From the NCBI GenBank assembly GCA_046597055.1, contig JBKJLC010000297.1, forward strand, positions 39,743 to 103,742: a DNA stretch of 64,000 bases. The letters run 5' to 3'. The position numbers and the translations under genes were made by a program. Source of the stretch: Kofleriaceae bacterium. Lineage in GTDB: Bacteria; Myxococcota_A; Polyangia; Haliangiales; Haliangiaceae. Position 1 is the first letter of the stretch. Every line of letters begins with the position of its first letter. The notes beneath the pieces were generated by a model, which was not told the origin of the DNA, did no database searches, and saw nothing but the letters and a program-made list of their open reading frames with translations. Of the stretch, positions 8,782 through 20,315 are shown one piece after another.

Positions 8782-9555
8782 ATGGACCCGATCGACGCGC
8801 GCCATACCCGTCGCGACACGCTCGCGGTCGTCTTGACCGTGCTCGGCGGCGCGGCCTGGCTGAGCGCCCCGGTCGCCCTGCTGCTGCGCGACCTGCGGCT
8901 AATCCTGCCGGTGTGCACCATCGCCGGCTGCGCGATCGGCGCCGCCTGTGTCGCGTCGCTCGTGCCCCGCCTGTCCCGCACCACCGCGGCGGTGGCCGGC
9001 GCGATCACCCACCTGCTCGCCCGCGGCATCTTGATCCTGTGGGCCCTGGTGCCCGGCGGCGCGCTTCGCCCCGAGGATCTGCTGATCGCCCTGGCCGCGG
9101 CCGGCGCCGCCGCGGCCGGCGCCAGCGTGGGTGGCCGCGCCCCGCGTGGCCTGACCCTGCTGCTGGTGGCCGGGATGGTGTCGCTGGCGGTCGCCACCCT
9201 GGGCGCGGTGCTGCTCGGCGTGCTCCACCTGCTCGGGGGGGAAGCGCCCCTGCTGGGGACGTTCGGCTTCCTGCTGGCGCCGGTGGCCGGCGGGGTGGTG
9301 GCGGCCGCGTTGTTCCCGGAGATCAGCGCGGGCAAGGTGGCCGGCGGCTGGCTGGTGCTCGGCCTCGGGACCGCGGCCGTGGTCGCCGTCATCGCGCAGT
9401 CGGGCTTCTTCTTCGTCAGCGGCCTGCTCGCCGGCATTGTCCTGGGCGTGATGCCGGCCGGCCTGGGCGCGATCGGGGCCGGCGTGTACCGGACCCTGCG
9501 CCCGCGGCCGCCGGTCGACGTCACCCCGCTGCCGTCGGCGCGCGTGCTTCGCTGA
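8782..9555 (+). CDS. multi-pass membrane protein, unknown function
   Basis: About 8 hydrophobic segments; GC-rich third codon positions. Confidence 0.7.
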   Translation: MDPIDARHTRRDTLAVVLTVLGGAAWLSAPVALLLRDLRLILPVCTIAGCAIGAACVASLVPRLSRTTAAVAGAITHLLARGILILWALVPGGALRPEDLLIALAAAGAAAAGASVGGRAPRGLTLLLVAGMVSLAVATLGAVLLGVLHLLGGEAPLLGTFGFLLAPVAGGVVAAALFPEISAGKVAGGWLVLGLGTAAVVAVIAQSGFFFVSGLLAGIVLGVMPAGLGAIGAGVYRTLRPRPPVDVTPLPSARVLR

Positions 9556-9621
9556 CCCGCCGCGCGACCACCCGGCCGAAAAGTTGGCCCGGATCGAGAG
9601 CGTAGGCAGAGTGCGGGGGTA

Positions 9622-10884
9622 GTGCTCCCGTCGAGCATCCAGCCCACCATCGAACCTCCGAGCGACCGTCCCGCGCCCAGCGTCGCCACCCAGGCGCCGG
9701 TCGCCGAGGTCGCGGAGCGCCCCTACGACCTCCTGCTGCTCGGCACGGTCCTCGCGCTCCTCACGCTCGGCACGATCGAGATCTACGCCGCCACCGCCAG
9801 CCAGGCCGGCGCCCGCCGCGGCGACCCCGGCTTCTTCCTCGAGCGCCAGCTGGTGTTCCTCGTCCTCGGCGGCGTGGCCATGTGGCTCGGCGCGATCATG
9901 GACTACCGGGTGCTGCGCCGGCGCGCCTACCTCTTGCTGCTCGGCTCGCTGCTCGCGCTCGCCGCGACCCTGGCCATGCCGTCCCTCAACGGCGCCCGCC
10001 GCTGGCTCCTGGTCGGCCCGCTCTCGTTCCAGCCGGTGGAGATCGCCAAGCTCGCGCTGATCAGCTACCTCGCCTACTCGCTGTCCAAGAAGGCCGAGAA
10101 GGTGAAGACCTTCACGGTCGGCTTCGTGCCTCACCTGGTGGTGTGCTGCCTGATGATGGGCCTCTTGCTGCTGCAGCCCGATCTGGGCTCGTCGATCATC
10201 CTGGGCGCGACCACCCTGGTGATGCTGTTCGTCGCCGGCGCCCGCATCTCGTACATCGTCCTGGCGATGCTCGCGGGCGCGCCGATCGCCTACCAGCTCA
10301 TCGTGGGCACCCCGTGGCGGCTCCGGCGCTTCATGGCCTACTTCAACCCCGAGGCCTTCGGCGACCGCGAGGCCTACCAGATGGTGCAGGCCCACGTATC
10401 GCTCGGCTCGGGCGGCGCCACCGGCGTGGGCCTGGGCAACTCGCGCCAGTCGCTCGGCTACATGCCCGAGGGCCACAACGACTTCATCCTGGCCCCGATC
10501 GGCGAGGAGCTCGGCTTCCTTGGCGTCGCCCTGGTGCTGGGCCTGTTCATGGTCCTCATCTGGCGCGGCGTGCGCGCCGCCCTCGGCGCCCGCGATCCCT
10601 TCGGCGGCTACGTCGCCCTCGGCATCACGCTCATGTTCGGCCTCCAGGCCCTGCTCAACGTCGGCGTCGTCCTGGGCGTGGTCCCCAACAAGGGCATCAC
10701 CCTGCCGCTGGTCAGCTACGGCGGCACCTCGCTGATCGTCACCATGTTCCTGGTCGGCCTGATCCTCAACATCGGCCACCGCGCCGCCCCCGGCTCCCGC
10801 CGCCGCATCCTCGGCGGCCTTGGCGGCGCCCTGCGCAAGCCCCAGCGCGTCCGCGTCGTCGTCGGCCGCCCCGCCAACGCCTGA
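9622..10884 (+). CDS. ftsW: cell division SEDS protein FtsW
   Basis: NGARRW, SFQPVEIAK, LLQPDLGS, PEGHNDFI, GITLPLVSYGGTS. Confidence 0.93.
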   Translation: MLPSSIQPTIEPPSDRPAPSVATQAPVAEVAERPYDLLLLGTVLALLTLGTIEIYAATASQAGARRGDPGFFLERQLVFLVLGGVAMWLGAIMDYRVLRRRAYLLLLGSLLALAATLAMPSLNGARRWLLVGPLSFQPVEIAKLALISYLAYSLSKKAEKVKTFTVGFVPHLVVCCLMMGLLLLQPDLGSSIILGATTLVMLFVAGARISYIVLAMLAGAPIAYQLIVGTPWRLRRFMAYFNPEAFGDREAYQMVQAHVSLGSGGATGVGLGNSRQSLGYMPEGHNDFILAPIGEELGFLGVALVLGLFMVLIWRGVRAALGARDPFGGYVALGITLMFGLQALLNVGVVLGVVPNKGITLPLVSYGGTSLIVTMFLVGLILNIGHRAAPGSRRRILGGLGGALRKPQRVRVVVGRPANA

Positions 10885-10951
10885 GCCCGGCGCCGGTTCG
10901 CGCCGGCGCTCCGCTGCGTCCGGCCAGCCGACGCGGTGGTACGTCCGACGC

Positions 10952-11758
10952 TCAGGTCGCGACGTCCCGCGCGGCCGCTACCGACGAACAGAACGCGGCG
11001 AGCAAGGCCTGCCCCTCGTCGCCCCCCTGCTCGTGCGCGATAGCCACCAGATCGGCGCCCAGCCCGTGCCGCCAGCCGGCGTCTTGGTGCCACCAATCAG
11101 CGGCACCCGTCGCCGCCGGGGGCGCGAACGGGAATGCACCACGAGACATCAAGACGAGGCTCGCCCCGGCATGAAGGGCAACCAGGAACTCCTGCCTCGC
11201 GGACGTGGGCGGTTCGAGCTCGGTCAGGTCAGACACCTCGCCGAGGAGCGGATCCCCCAATAGCCCCCACGATGTTTGGGTCAGGTCGACACCCATTCGC
11301 CGTAGTGCACCGAACCGGAGGTCTTCGGACAGAAGCCGAACCTCGCCATCACGAGCAAGCGCCACGCCATTGGGACCCGCGCGCCAGACGGCGAGGACGC
11401 CGGTGGCGAGTGCCACCACCGCCATCACGGACGGCGTGGCTCGCTCCAACAATACAGCCTCGAACTGCCGCCAGACTTCGGCTCGCAGCGACGCGAGCAC
11501 CGCGCCAGCCTCGCGTTTCTCGTCCTCCAGGTCCAGGAGCTGGTCGACCGCGCGATCCAGAATGTCTCGAGCGCGGTGCTCAGCAACGCCTGCCGAAAGC
11601 GAGAGGGCCACAAGCAGCCGGCCGCGAGCACTGACCACCGTGGGCTGATGGAGATGCGTGAGCAGCCCCGGCACTGCCGGGACTCCCACATGGCCGAATC
11701 GAAACCCACCTTGGAGGCAGTGCCATGTGAAACCTGGCCTGCACGGCAGACTCGTCAT
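10952..11758 (-). CDS. degenerate PP2C-like (PPM phosphatase fold) protein
   Basis: GGAGG RBS upstream of ATG. Segment AVWRAGPNGVALARDGEVRLLSED resembles the PP2C motif hvGDSRaylxRdGexxxLTeDH but lacks the catalytic Asp. Lower GC than neighbours. Confidence 0.5.
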   Translation of the reverse strand: MTSLPCRPGFTWHCLQGGFRFGHVGVPAVPGLLTHLHQPTVVSARGRLLVALSLSAGVAEHRARDILDRAVDQLLDLEDEKREAGAVLASLRAEVWRQFEAVLLERATPSVMAVVALATGVLAVWRAGPNGVALARDGEVRLLSEDLRFGALRRMGVDLTQTSWGLLGDPLLGEVSDLTELEPPTSARQEFLVALHAGASLVLMSRGAFPFAPPAATGAADWWHQDAGWRHGLGADLVAIAHEQGGDEGQALLAAFCSSVAAARDVAT

Positions 11759-11867
11759 TTGCTTCCTCCAGCTCGCCAGCGGAGAGCGACGCCCGGGGAC
11801 GACCTCACCGGGAACCGCTGCGGCTGCAGCCGCGCCAGCTGAGGACGCCGCGGCCGATCTGTTGTTC

Positions 11868-11925
11868 GTGAAACACGGTGAAACACCTCTGGACAGCGTG
11901 AAACATTCGATACCGAGCTGAAACG
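11868..11925. promoter_or_regulatory. phased direct repeats GTGAAACA (candidate operator array)
   Basis: GTGAAACA at 11868, 11878 and 11898, CTGAAACG at 11918, in the divergent intergenic region. Confidence 0.5.
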
Positions 11926-11993
11926 ATCACCGCCTGGGAATTCAACCACAACGGCAACCTGCGGGCGGCACGACCAATGCAGTCAGGGTGTGA

Positions 11994-12413
11994 ATGGCAC
12001 TCGCGTTTCTCACCCCGCTCGCGGGCGGGGCCCTCATCGGCGTCGCAGCCTCGCTGCTGCTGATCTCATCGGGCCGGGTCGCCGGCATCAGCGGCATCCT
12101 TGGTGAGCTGATCGGCGTCTCGGTCGACCGCGGGTGGCGCGCCGCGTTCGTGCTCGGGATGCTGGTGACCGGGGTGATCGCCACGGTCCTGTGGCCGCAG
12201 GCGATCACCGCGTCGCCGGCGTCCGTGCCGGTGCTGGTGATCGCCGGCCTGCTGGTCGGGTTCGGCACCCGCCTCGGCGGCGGCTGCACCAGTGGCCATG
12301 GCGTGTGCGGGCTGTCGCGGCGGTCGCCGCGGGCGCTGGTCGCGACCCTGACGTTCATGGCCGCCGGCGTCGCCACCGTGGCGATCGTCCGCGCGGTCGG
12401 AGGTGGCTCGTGA
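11994..12413 (+). CDS. YeeE/YedE family sulfur transporter, subunit 1
   Basis: GRVAGISGI and [16 protein letters not shown] motifs. Confidence 0.9.
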   Translation: MALAFLTPLAGGALIGVAASLLLISSGRVAGISGILGELIGVSVDRGWRAAFVLGMLVTGVIATVLWPQAITASPASVPVLVIAGLLVGFGTRLGGGCTSGHGVCGLSRRSPRALVATLTFMAAGVATVAIVRAVGGGS

Positions 12414-12862
12414 CGGCGGCCGGCTCGCCCGCGGTGCGGCTCGCGATCGCCGCGGTCGCGGGCGTGCTGTTCGCGCTCGGGCTCCTGCTCGCGGGCATGA
12501 CCCAGCCGACCAAGGTGATCGGCTTCCTCGATATCACCGGCGACTGGGACCCGAGCCTGGCGTTCGTCATGATGGGCGCGATCGGCGTCCACCTGATCGC
12601 CTACTGGCTGATCCGCGGCCGCGCCGCGCCGCTGTTCGACGCGAAGTTCCACCTCCCGACCCGCCGCGACCTCGACCGGCGCCTGATCGCGGGCGCCGCG
12701 ATCTTCGGCGTCGGCTGGGGCCTCGCGGGCTACTGCCCGGGGCCCGCGGTGGTCTCGGTGGCAGCCGGCGGCCCGACCCTCGCGTTCTTCGCGGCGATGC
12801 TGGTCGGCATCGTCGCCCAGCGCGTGCTCGACCGGCCCACCGCCCGCGGCGAGGTCGTATGA
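12410..12862 (+). CDS. YeeE/YedE family (DUF6691-like) membrane protein, subunit 2
   Basis: GTGA overlap; [36 protein letters not shown]. Confidence 0.9.
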   Translation: MTAAGSPAVRLAIAAVAGVLFALGLLLAGMTQPTKVIGFLDITGDWDPSLAFVMMGAIGVHLIAYWLIRGRAAPLFDAKFHLPTRRDLDRRLIAGAAIFGVGWGLAGYCPGPAVVSVAAGGPTLAFFAAMLVGIVAQRVLDRPTARGEVV

Positions 12863-13758
12863 GCGCCACGCCCGCGATCGAAGCGTTCTTCGACCGGGTC
12901 ACCTCGTCGGTGACGTACGTCGTCCATGCCGGCCACGACGCGGTCGTGATCGACCCGGTGCTCGACTACGACCCGCAGGCGTCACAGACGTCGACCGCGT
13001 CGGTCGAGGTGGTCGGCCACTTCCTGCGCGCGCGCGACCTGCAGCTCCACTACGTGCTCGAGACCCATCCTCACGCCGATCACCTGTCGGCCTCGCAGTG
13101 GCTCAAGCGCCGCCACGGGGCCCGGGTCGCGATCGGCGCCGGGATCCGCCACGTGCAGGCGGTGTTCGCCGACCTGCTCGACCTCGGCCCGGACTTCCGC
13201 ACCGACGGCAGCCAGTTCGACCGGCTGCTGGTCGACGGCGAGGTCGTCACCGCCGGCGCGCTGGAGCTCGCGGTGCTGGCCACGCCCGGCCACACCCCGG
13301 CGTGCGTGTCGTACCGGATCGGCGACGCGATCTTCGTCGGCGACGCGCTGTTCTTGCCCGACTACGGCACCGCGCGCTGCGACTTCCCCAGCGGCGACGC
13401 CGACGTCCTCTACACGTCGATCCACGACCGGCTGTACACGCTGCCCGACGACACCCGCGTGTTCGTCGGCCACGACTACCAGCCCGGCGGCCGCGAAGTC
13501 GGCTGGATGACGACGATCGGCGCGTCGCGCCAGGGCAACGTGCAGCTGCACGCGGGCACCGCCCGCGACGCGTTCGTGCGCCTGCGCCGCGACCGCGACC
13601 GAACGCTCGCCGCGCCCCGCCTGCTGTACCCGAGCATCCAGGTCAACGTGAACGCCGGGCTCCTGCCCGCGCCGGGCGCCGGCGGCCGCCGCTACCTGTC
13701 GATCCCGCTCAACCTGTCGCAGCCGACCGAGGACGACGGCAGCCCGGTGCGCCGTTGA
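12859..13758 (+). CDS. MBL-fold persulfide dioxygenase (Blh/ETHE1-like)
   Basis: ATGA overlap; [37 protein letters not shown]. Confidence 0.88.
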   Translation: MSATPAIEAFFDRVTSSVTYVVHAGHDAVVIDPVLDYDPQASQTSTASVEVVGHFLRARDLQLHYVLETHPHADHLSASQWLKRRHGARVAIGAGIRHVQAVFADLLDLGPDFRTDGSQFDRLLVDGEVVTAGALELAVLATPGHTPACVSYRIGDAIFVGDALFLPDYGTARCDFPSGDADVLYTSIHDRLYTLPDDTRVFVGHDYQPGGREVGWMTTIGASRQGNVQLHAGTARDAFVRLRRDRDRTLAAPRLLYPSIQVNVNAGLLPAPGAGGRRYLSIPLNLSQPTEDDGSPVRR

Positions 13759-14498
13759 CCGCCGTGGTGCTCGCGCTCGCGGTCCTGGTCGGCATCGCCC
13801 TCGGCCTGCTCGGCGGCGGCGGCTCGATCCTGACCATCCCGATCCTGACCTACGTGGCCGGGCTCGAGGCCAAGGTTGCGATCGCGACCTCGCTGTTCGT
13901 GGTCGCGGTCACCAGCAGCGTCGGCGCGGCCTCGCACGCGCGCGCCGGCCGGGTCCGCTGGCGCACCGGCCTGATGTTCGGCGCCGGCGGCATGGCCGGC
14001 GCCCACGCCGGCGGTCGCCTGGCGGGGTACCTGCCCGCCGACCTGCTGCTGAGCCTGTTCGCGGTCATGATGGCGGTCAGCGCGATCGCGATGCTGCGCG
14101 GCCGGCGCGCGATGGTCACGACCCTCACCGGCGATCGGCCTGGCCTCAAGCTGGTACTGCAGGGAAGTGCGGTCGGCGTGGTCACCGGCCTGGTCGGCGC
14201 CGGCGGTGGATTCGTGATCGTCCCGGCGCTGGTCATCCTGGGGCGGCTGCCCATGAAGGACGCGGTCGGGACCTCGCTGCTCGTGATCGCGATGAACGCT
14301 GTCTCCGGCCTCACCGGCTACCTCGGCCACGTCGACATCGACTGGCCGCTGGCGCTCTCGGTCACCGCGGCCGCGGTCGCCGGCAGCCTGGTCGGCACCC
14401 GCCTGGCCAGCCGGGTGCCGCAGGAGTCGCTGCGCCTCGGGTTCGGCTGGTTCGTGATGGCGATGGCGGCGTTCATCCTCATCAAGCAGCTGGCCTGA
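13755..14498 (+). CDS. TauE/SafE sulfite exporter family protein
   Basis: TTGA overlap; GLLGGGGSILTIP, GLVGAGGGFVIVP, AVGTSL. Confidence 0.88.
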   Translation: MTAVVLALAVLVGIALGLLGGGGSILTIPILTYVAGLEAKVAIATSLFVVAVTSSVGAASHARAGRVRWRTGLMFGAGGMAGAHAGGRLAGYLPADLLLSLFAVMMAVSAIAMLRGRRAMVTTLTGDRPGLKLVLQGSAVGVVTGLVGAGGGFVIVPALVILGRLPMKDAVGTSLLVIAMNAVSGLTGYLGHVDIDWPLALSVTAAAVAGSLVGTRLASRVPQESLRLGFGWFVMAMAAFILIKQLA

Positions 14499-14612
14499 CC
14501 GGCGACGCCCCGGCGGGTCCCCGAAGGCGCCCCGACGGCGCCGGCGAGGGCGGTCGTTGACAAGGCTGGCGACCGAGGCGGAGACTGCGCGTCCCCGCCT
14601 CGAGGTCACTCC

Positions 14613-15188
14613 ATGCATCATCGCATCGCCGCTGTCGCGCTCTCGTTCGTTGCCGTGGTCGGCTGTGACGCCGGCCCCAAGCCCACTCCGATCGGGACCG
14701 GGAAGGTGGCCGCAGCCGCCCCCGCCGCCTCGACCGCGCCGACCACGACCCCGGGCGTGCCGGCCCCGACTGCGGCGACCGGCGCGCGCTTCGGCGCTGG
14801 CGTCACGCTGGCCACCTCGATGCCGATCGACCTGCTGCTCGCCGATCCCAAGGCGCACGTCGGCAAGTCGGTGCGGGTCGAGGGCCTGATCGTCGACGTG
14901 TGCCCCAAGCGGGGCTGCTGGATGGACCTCGCGGGCGCCGGCCCCGGCCAGAAGCTGCGCTTCAAGGTCACCGACGGCGACATGGTGTTTCCGGTCGACG
15001 CCAAGGGCAAGTACGCGGTCGTCGAGGGCGTGGTCGCGGTCAACGAGCTCACGCTCGAGCAGACCAAGGAGTACGTCGCGTACCAGGCCCGCGAGTACGG
15101 CGCCGCGATGGATCCCGCCGCGGTGACCGCTCCGATGTCGATCGTGCGGCTCGACGGGACCGGCGCGATGCTGCGCGACGCGCGCTAG
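14613..15188 (+). CDS. DUF4920-like lipoprotein
   Basis: Lipobox VVGC; VRVEGLIVDVCPKRGCWM. Candidate promoter TTGACA(14557)-N18-GAGACT upstream. Confidence 0.75.
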   Translation: MHHRIAAVALSFVAVVGCDAGPKPTPIGTGKVAAAAPAASTAPTTTPGVPAPTAATGARFGAGVTLATSMPIDLLLADPKAHVGKSVRVEGLIVDVCPKRGCWMDLAGAGPGQKLRFKVTDGDMVFPVDAKGKYAVVEGVVAVNELTLEQTKEYVAYQAREYGAAMDPAAVTAPMSIVRLDGTGAMLRDAR

Positions 15189-15190
15189 CG

Positions 15191-15748
15191 ATGGCCTGGC
15201 GGAAGTGGTTCCGCGCCCTGCACCGGGATGTCGGGTACCTGGCGGTCGCGCTGACCCTGGCGTACGGGCTCTCCGGCGTGGCGGTGAACCACATCGAGGA
15301 CTGGAACCCGAACTACCGCTTCGAGCAGACGTCGTTCGAGCTGGGACCGCTGCCGGCCGGCCCGCCCGACGCGCAGGCCGCGCACGTGGTCGCGCAGCTG
15401 CGGCTCGATCCGGCCGCGGTGCGCGGCCACTTCCTCGAGACCGATACCCAGCTCCGGGTCTTCCTCGATCAGGGCCAGGAGGTCCGGCTCGACGTCCGCA
15501 CCGGCCGCGGCCAGCGCAAGAGCATCACCACGCGCGCGGTGCTGTTCGAGGTCAACAGCCTGCACCTCAACAACCTCAAGGGCGTCTGGACCTACGTCGC
15601 CGACGTGTTCGCGCTGGCGCTGATGTTCCTCGCGGTCACCGGGGTCACCATGATGAAGGGCGATCGCGGCATCACCGGGCGCGGCAAGTGGTTCGTCGGC
15701 GCGGGCCTCGCGATCCCCATCGGCTTCATCGTCTACCTGTATCAGTGA
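15191..15748 (+). CDS. PepSY-associated TM helix domain protein
   Basis: WFRALHRDVGY...GLSGVAVNH, NSLH, terminal TM helices. Confidence 0.85.
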   Translation: MAWRKWFRALHRDVGYLAVALTLAYGLSGVAVNHIEDWNPNYRFEQTSFELGPLPAGPPDAQAAHVVAQLRLDPAAVRGHFLETDTQLRVFLDQGQEVRLDVRTGRGQRKSITTRAVLFEVNSLHLNNLKGVWTYVADVFALALMFLAVTGVTMMKGDRGITGRGKWFVGAGLAIPIGFIVYLYQ

Positions 15749-15769
15749 CAGTGACGGGCGCCGCTGCGC

Positions 15770-16978
15770 TCAAGGGGTCACGACGACCCGGGTGGCGCTG
15801 CGGCGCATGTCGACGTCGTGGGTAAAATACGACGCCATGTCGATGGCGAGCTCTGGATGCGTGCGCGCCCACGTCCAGTCGCGGTCCTTGGCATGGTCGA
15901 GCAAGATCGTCTCGGGGCCGACCTCGGCCGCGAGACCGGTCGGCAGGGTGAGCTGGCCGCGGCCCGGATCGGCCAGGAGGGTCCAGCGTCGCCCCGCGTT
16001 CACCGTGACCACGGTCGCCGCGGTCCCGGTCGGGATCGTCCAGCGGATGACACCAGCCTCGTTCACCGCCGTGATCGGCGGCAGGAAGGCGACGTCGTAC
16101 TCGAGGCCCGGCGTGGCAAACGCCTCCGCCGGCCGCGACCAGCGCGCCCAGCGCCGCCCGGCGAAGACCCACTGGGTGATCACGACGTCGAAGCCAGGGA
16201 CGTAGTCGACGTCCACGGTCGCGCGGCCGTCCACGGCGGGCACGGCGGCCTCCGCGCGGTCGAGACCGACGCTGTGGCCCCCGTGGCGGGCGCGGCGCGT
16301 GGACACCAGACGGCGAGCCAGTGGGGGGACGCCGACCAGCGTGGTCGTCGCGCGCGGCACCGGCATCCAGGGGCCGCCGACGGTGACGCTCCCACCCACC
16401 ACCAGCTCTCCCGGCGAAACGCTGTACACCCGCGCGAGATCGTGGACCGCCAGCACCGGCCCCGGACACGGCGAGGTGCTCACGCGATGCGGGTGGCGGT
16501 GGCTGGTCGCGTCGGCCTGCGATGCGCCACCGCCGCACGCGCTGGTCGTGAAGATCCGCCCGCCGGCGGGTGCCCCGGTGACGTTCACGTCGACGAGCCC
16601 GGCCAGCGGCGACACCGCCTCGCGCCCGGGCCCGGTGAAGTCGACCCGATCGCCATCCCGCACTCCGACCACGGTCGTCCAGACGAAGCCGGTCCCGAAC
16701 GGTCGGACCTCCGTGACCGAGCCGTCGTCGGGCAGCATGACGGTGGTCGCGCCGTCGGCATCGGCCAACAACTCGGTCAGCGGGCGCCCGGCAGCATCGT
16801 GCAGCGCGAGCGTGGTGCCGCGCAGGTTGGTGAGCACGGTCGCCGTGACCTCCGGCTCGGCGCCGGCATCAATCACGAGCGGTTCGCGTCCATCAGGGAC
16901 GTCCGGCGCAGCTCCCTCGGGACACCCGGCGAGCGCGAGCATGGACAGCAGGGGCACGAACCGAGCGCGGGACAACAT
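15770..16978 (-). CDS. putative lipoprotein, unknown function
   Basis: MLSRARFVPLLSMLALAGC signal peptide/lipobox; beta-rich body. Confidence 0.65.
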   Translation of the reverse strand: MLSRARFVPLLSMLALAGCPEGAAPDVPDGREPLVIDAGAEPEVTATVLTNLRGTTLALHDAAGRPLTELLADADGATTVMLPDDGSVTEVRPFGTGFVWTTVVGVRDGDRVDFTGPGREAVSPLAGLVDVNVTGAPAGGRIFTTSACGGGASQADATSHRHPHRVSTSPCPGPVLAVHDLARVYSVSPGELVVGGSVTVGGPWMPVPRATTTLVGVPPLARRLVSTRRARHGGHSVGLDRAEAAVPAVDGRATVDVDYVPGFDVVITQWVFAGRRWARWSRPAEAFATPGLEYDVAFLPPITAVNEAGVIRWTIPTGTAATVVTVNAGRRWTLLADPGRGQLTLPTGLAAEVGPETILLDHAKDRDWTWARTHPELAIDMASYFTHDVDMRRSATRVVVTP

Positions 16979-17179
16979 CGGCTCACGTTGCGGCCGGCGC
17001 GGTCCGCGCGCACCTCGAAACTGTGGCATCGGGCGGCGGGTCGCGGCGCTGCGTGCCGTCCCCACGGACCGACCTCGCAGCCCGGCGGTGGGCGCGGCCC
17101 GACCGACCGCCGCGCGGGTGGCGCCGACCGCCCCGCCAGAAACAAGCGTCGCCGTCGCAGCTGCGCTAGCGTGCGGGCC

Positions 17180-18267
17180 ATGCGACTGCTCATCGCCGGC
17201 GGTGGAACGGGCGGGCACCTGTTCCCGGGTGTGGCGATCGCCGAGGAGCTGCGGGCGCGCGATCCGGCGGCGACGGTGCGCTTCGTCGGCACCGAGCGAG
17301 GCATCGAGGCGCGGGTGCTGCCCGAGCTGGGCTGGGACCTGACGCTCATCCGGGTCTCGGGGCTGAAGACCGTCGGCGCGCTGGGCGCGGTGCGCGGCCT
17401 GTTCAAGCTGCCGCGCGCGCTGTGGCAGGCGCGGCGGGTGGTCAAGGAGTTCCGCCCCGACGTCGTGATCGGCGTCGGCGGCTACGCTTCGGGCCCGGTG
17501 GTGCTGATGGCGCGCCTGATGGGCCGGCCCACCGCGATCTGCGAGCAGAACTCGATCCCGGGCGTGACCAACAAGATCCTCGGCAAGGTCGCGCGCACGG
17601 TGTTCCTGTCGTTCGACGAGAGCCGCCGGTTCTTCGCGGCGGAGAAGGTCGTGATGAGCGGCAACCCGGTGCGCCGCGAGCTCGCGCGCAAGCTGCTCGC
17701 CGCCGGCGCCGCGCCGCGCCCCACCGCGGACGCACGCTCGGTGCTGGTGGTCGGCGGCTCGCAGGGTGCGGTCGCGGTCAACGCGCTGGCGGCCGCCGCG
17801 CTGGCCACGCTGGCGAAGACCCGCACGCTCCGCATCGTGCACCAGACCGGCGCCGCGGACCTCGACGCGACCGCGGCCCGCTACACCGCCGCCGGGGTCA
17901 CCGCCGACTGTCGCGCCTTCATCAAGGACATGGCGACCGCGTACCAGGATGCCGACGTGATCATCGGCCGCGCCGGCGCGACCACGGTCGCCGAGCTCGC
18001 GATCGCGGGCAAGCCAGCGATCTTCATCCCCTACCCGTTCGCGGCCGACAACCACCAGGAGCTCAACGCGCGCGAGATGGTGACCGCCGGGGCCGCGCTG
18101 TCGTTCCGCCAGGCCGAGCTCACCGCCGCCGGGCTGGCCGCCGCGCTGGCGCCGCTCCTCGACGACGACGCCACCCGGGTCAGAATGGGTGAGGCCATGC
18201 GGGCGCTGGCGCGCCCGACCGCCGCCGCCACCGTGATCGACTGGTGCCAGCAACAGACGGAGCGACC

Positions 18268-18271
<4 letters not shown>
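17180..18271 (+). CDS. murG: undecaprenyl-PP-MurNAc-pentapeptide GlcNAc transferase
   Basis: IAGGGTGGHLFP, GGYASGP, EQNSIPG, GNPVR, GGSQGA, RAGATT, HQELNA. Confidence 0.96.
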
Positions 18272-19599
<1,328 letters not shown>

Positions 19600-19603
19600 T
19601 CCG

Positions 19604-20290
19604 ATGACCGATGGCCTCGGGCCGGTCGCACCGGGTTGCTGGGCGGCGGTCGCCGACACCTTCCTCGACGAGTACTTCGCAGCGACGGTCAAGCCGCATC
19701 CGCCGTCACCGGCGCTGCTGCAGCGCTATCGCGACGCCAGCGGATCCGAGCTGGTCGAGCTCGCCGACCTGCTGGCCCATCCGCACCGCCGGCTGCTCGT
19801 CGCGACGCTGTACCGCCATACCGCCTACCTGCCTGGGCCGCTGGTGGAGCCGATGCTCGCCGCCGGGATCGAGGAGCCTGATCCCAGCTTCAACCGCGGC
19901 TATCTCGACCCGTGCCTCGACGTGCTGGGTGCGCCCGTGGTGCTCGAACGGCTGCTCGACGAGGTCGAGCACGGCGCGCACCCGGTGGGGGCCGCGCAGG
20001 CGCTCTACTGGGCGTGGGTGCGGGCCGCGCGCGACGGCGTCGACGTGTCCGCCTTGCGCCAACGCTCGCGCGTCCTCGTGCTCACCACCTTCGTCGAGCG
20101 CGACGACCTGCGCCTGCGCCGCATCCTCGTGGGGCGGCTGGAGCTCCACGATCCGGAGGTCTATCCACCGGCGCTGCGTCCGATGCTCGGCCGCGCGCTC
20201 GCGATCGGACGGGCGTGCGAGGACGCGGACGTCCGGGCCCGCATCGAGCTCCAGGCCGGGAACCTCGCCGGCCTCCGCACGCCTCGTTGA
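19604..20290 (+). CDS. hypothetical helical protein
   Basis: Protein-like composition; EPDPSFNRGYLDPC motif; starts 4 bp after pfk. Confidence 0.6.
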   Translation: MTDGLGPVAPGCWAAVADTFLDEYFAATVKPHPPSPALLQRYRDASGSELVELADLLAHPHRRLLVATLYRHTAYLPGPLVEPMLAAGIEEPDPSFNRGYLDPCLDVLGAPVVLERLLDEVEHGAHPVGAAQALYWAWVRAARDGVDVSALRQRSRVLVLTTFVERDDLRLRRILVGRLELHDPEVYPPALRPMLGRALAIGRACEDADVRARIELQAGNLAGLRTPR

Positions 20291-20315
20291 GGTCGAGCGG
20301 CGCCGCGCGCTGCCG

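Noticed and set aside
11860..11875. parS site
   Set aside because: TGTTGTTCGTGAAACA matches only the right half of the TGTTNCACGTGAAACA palindrome.
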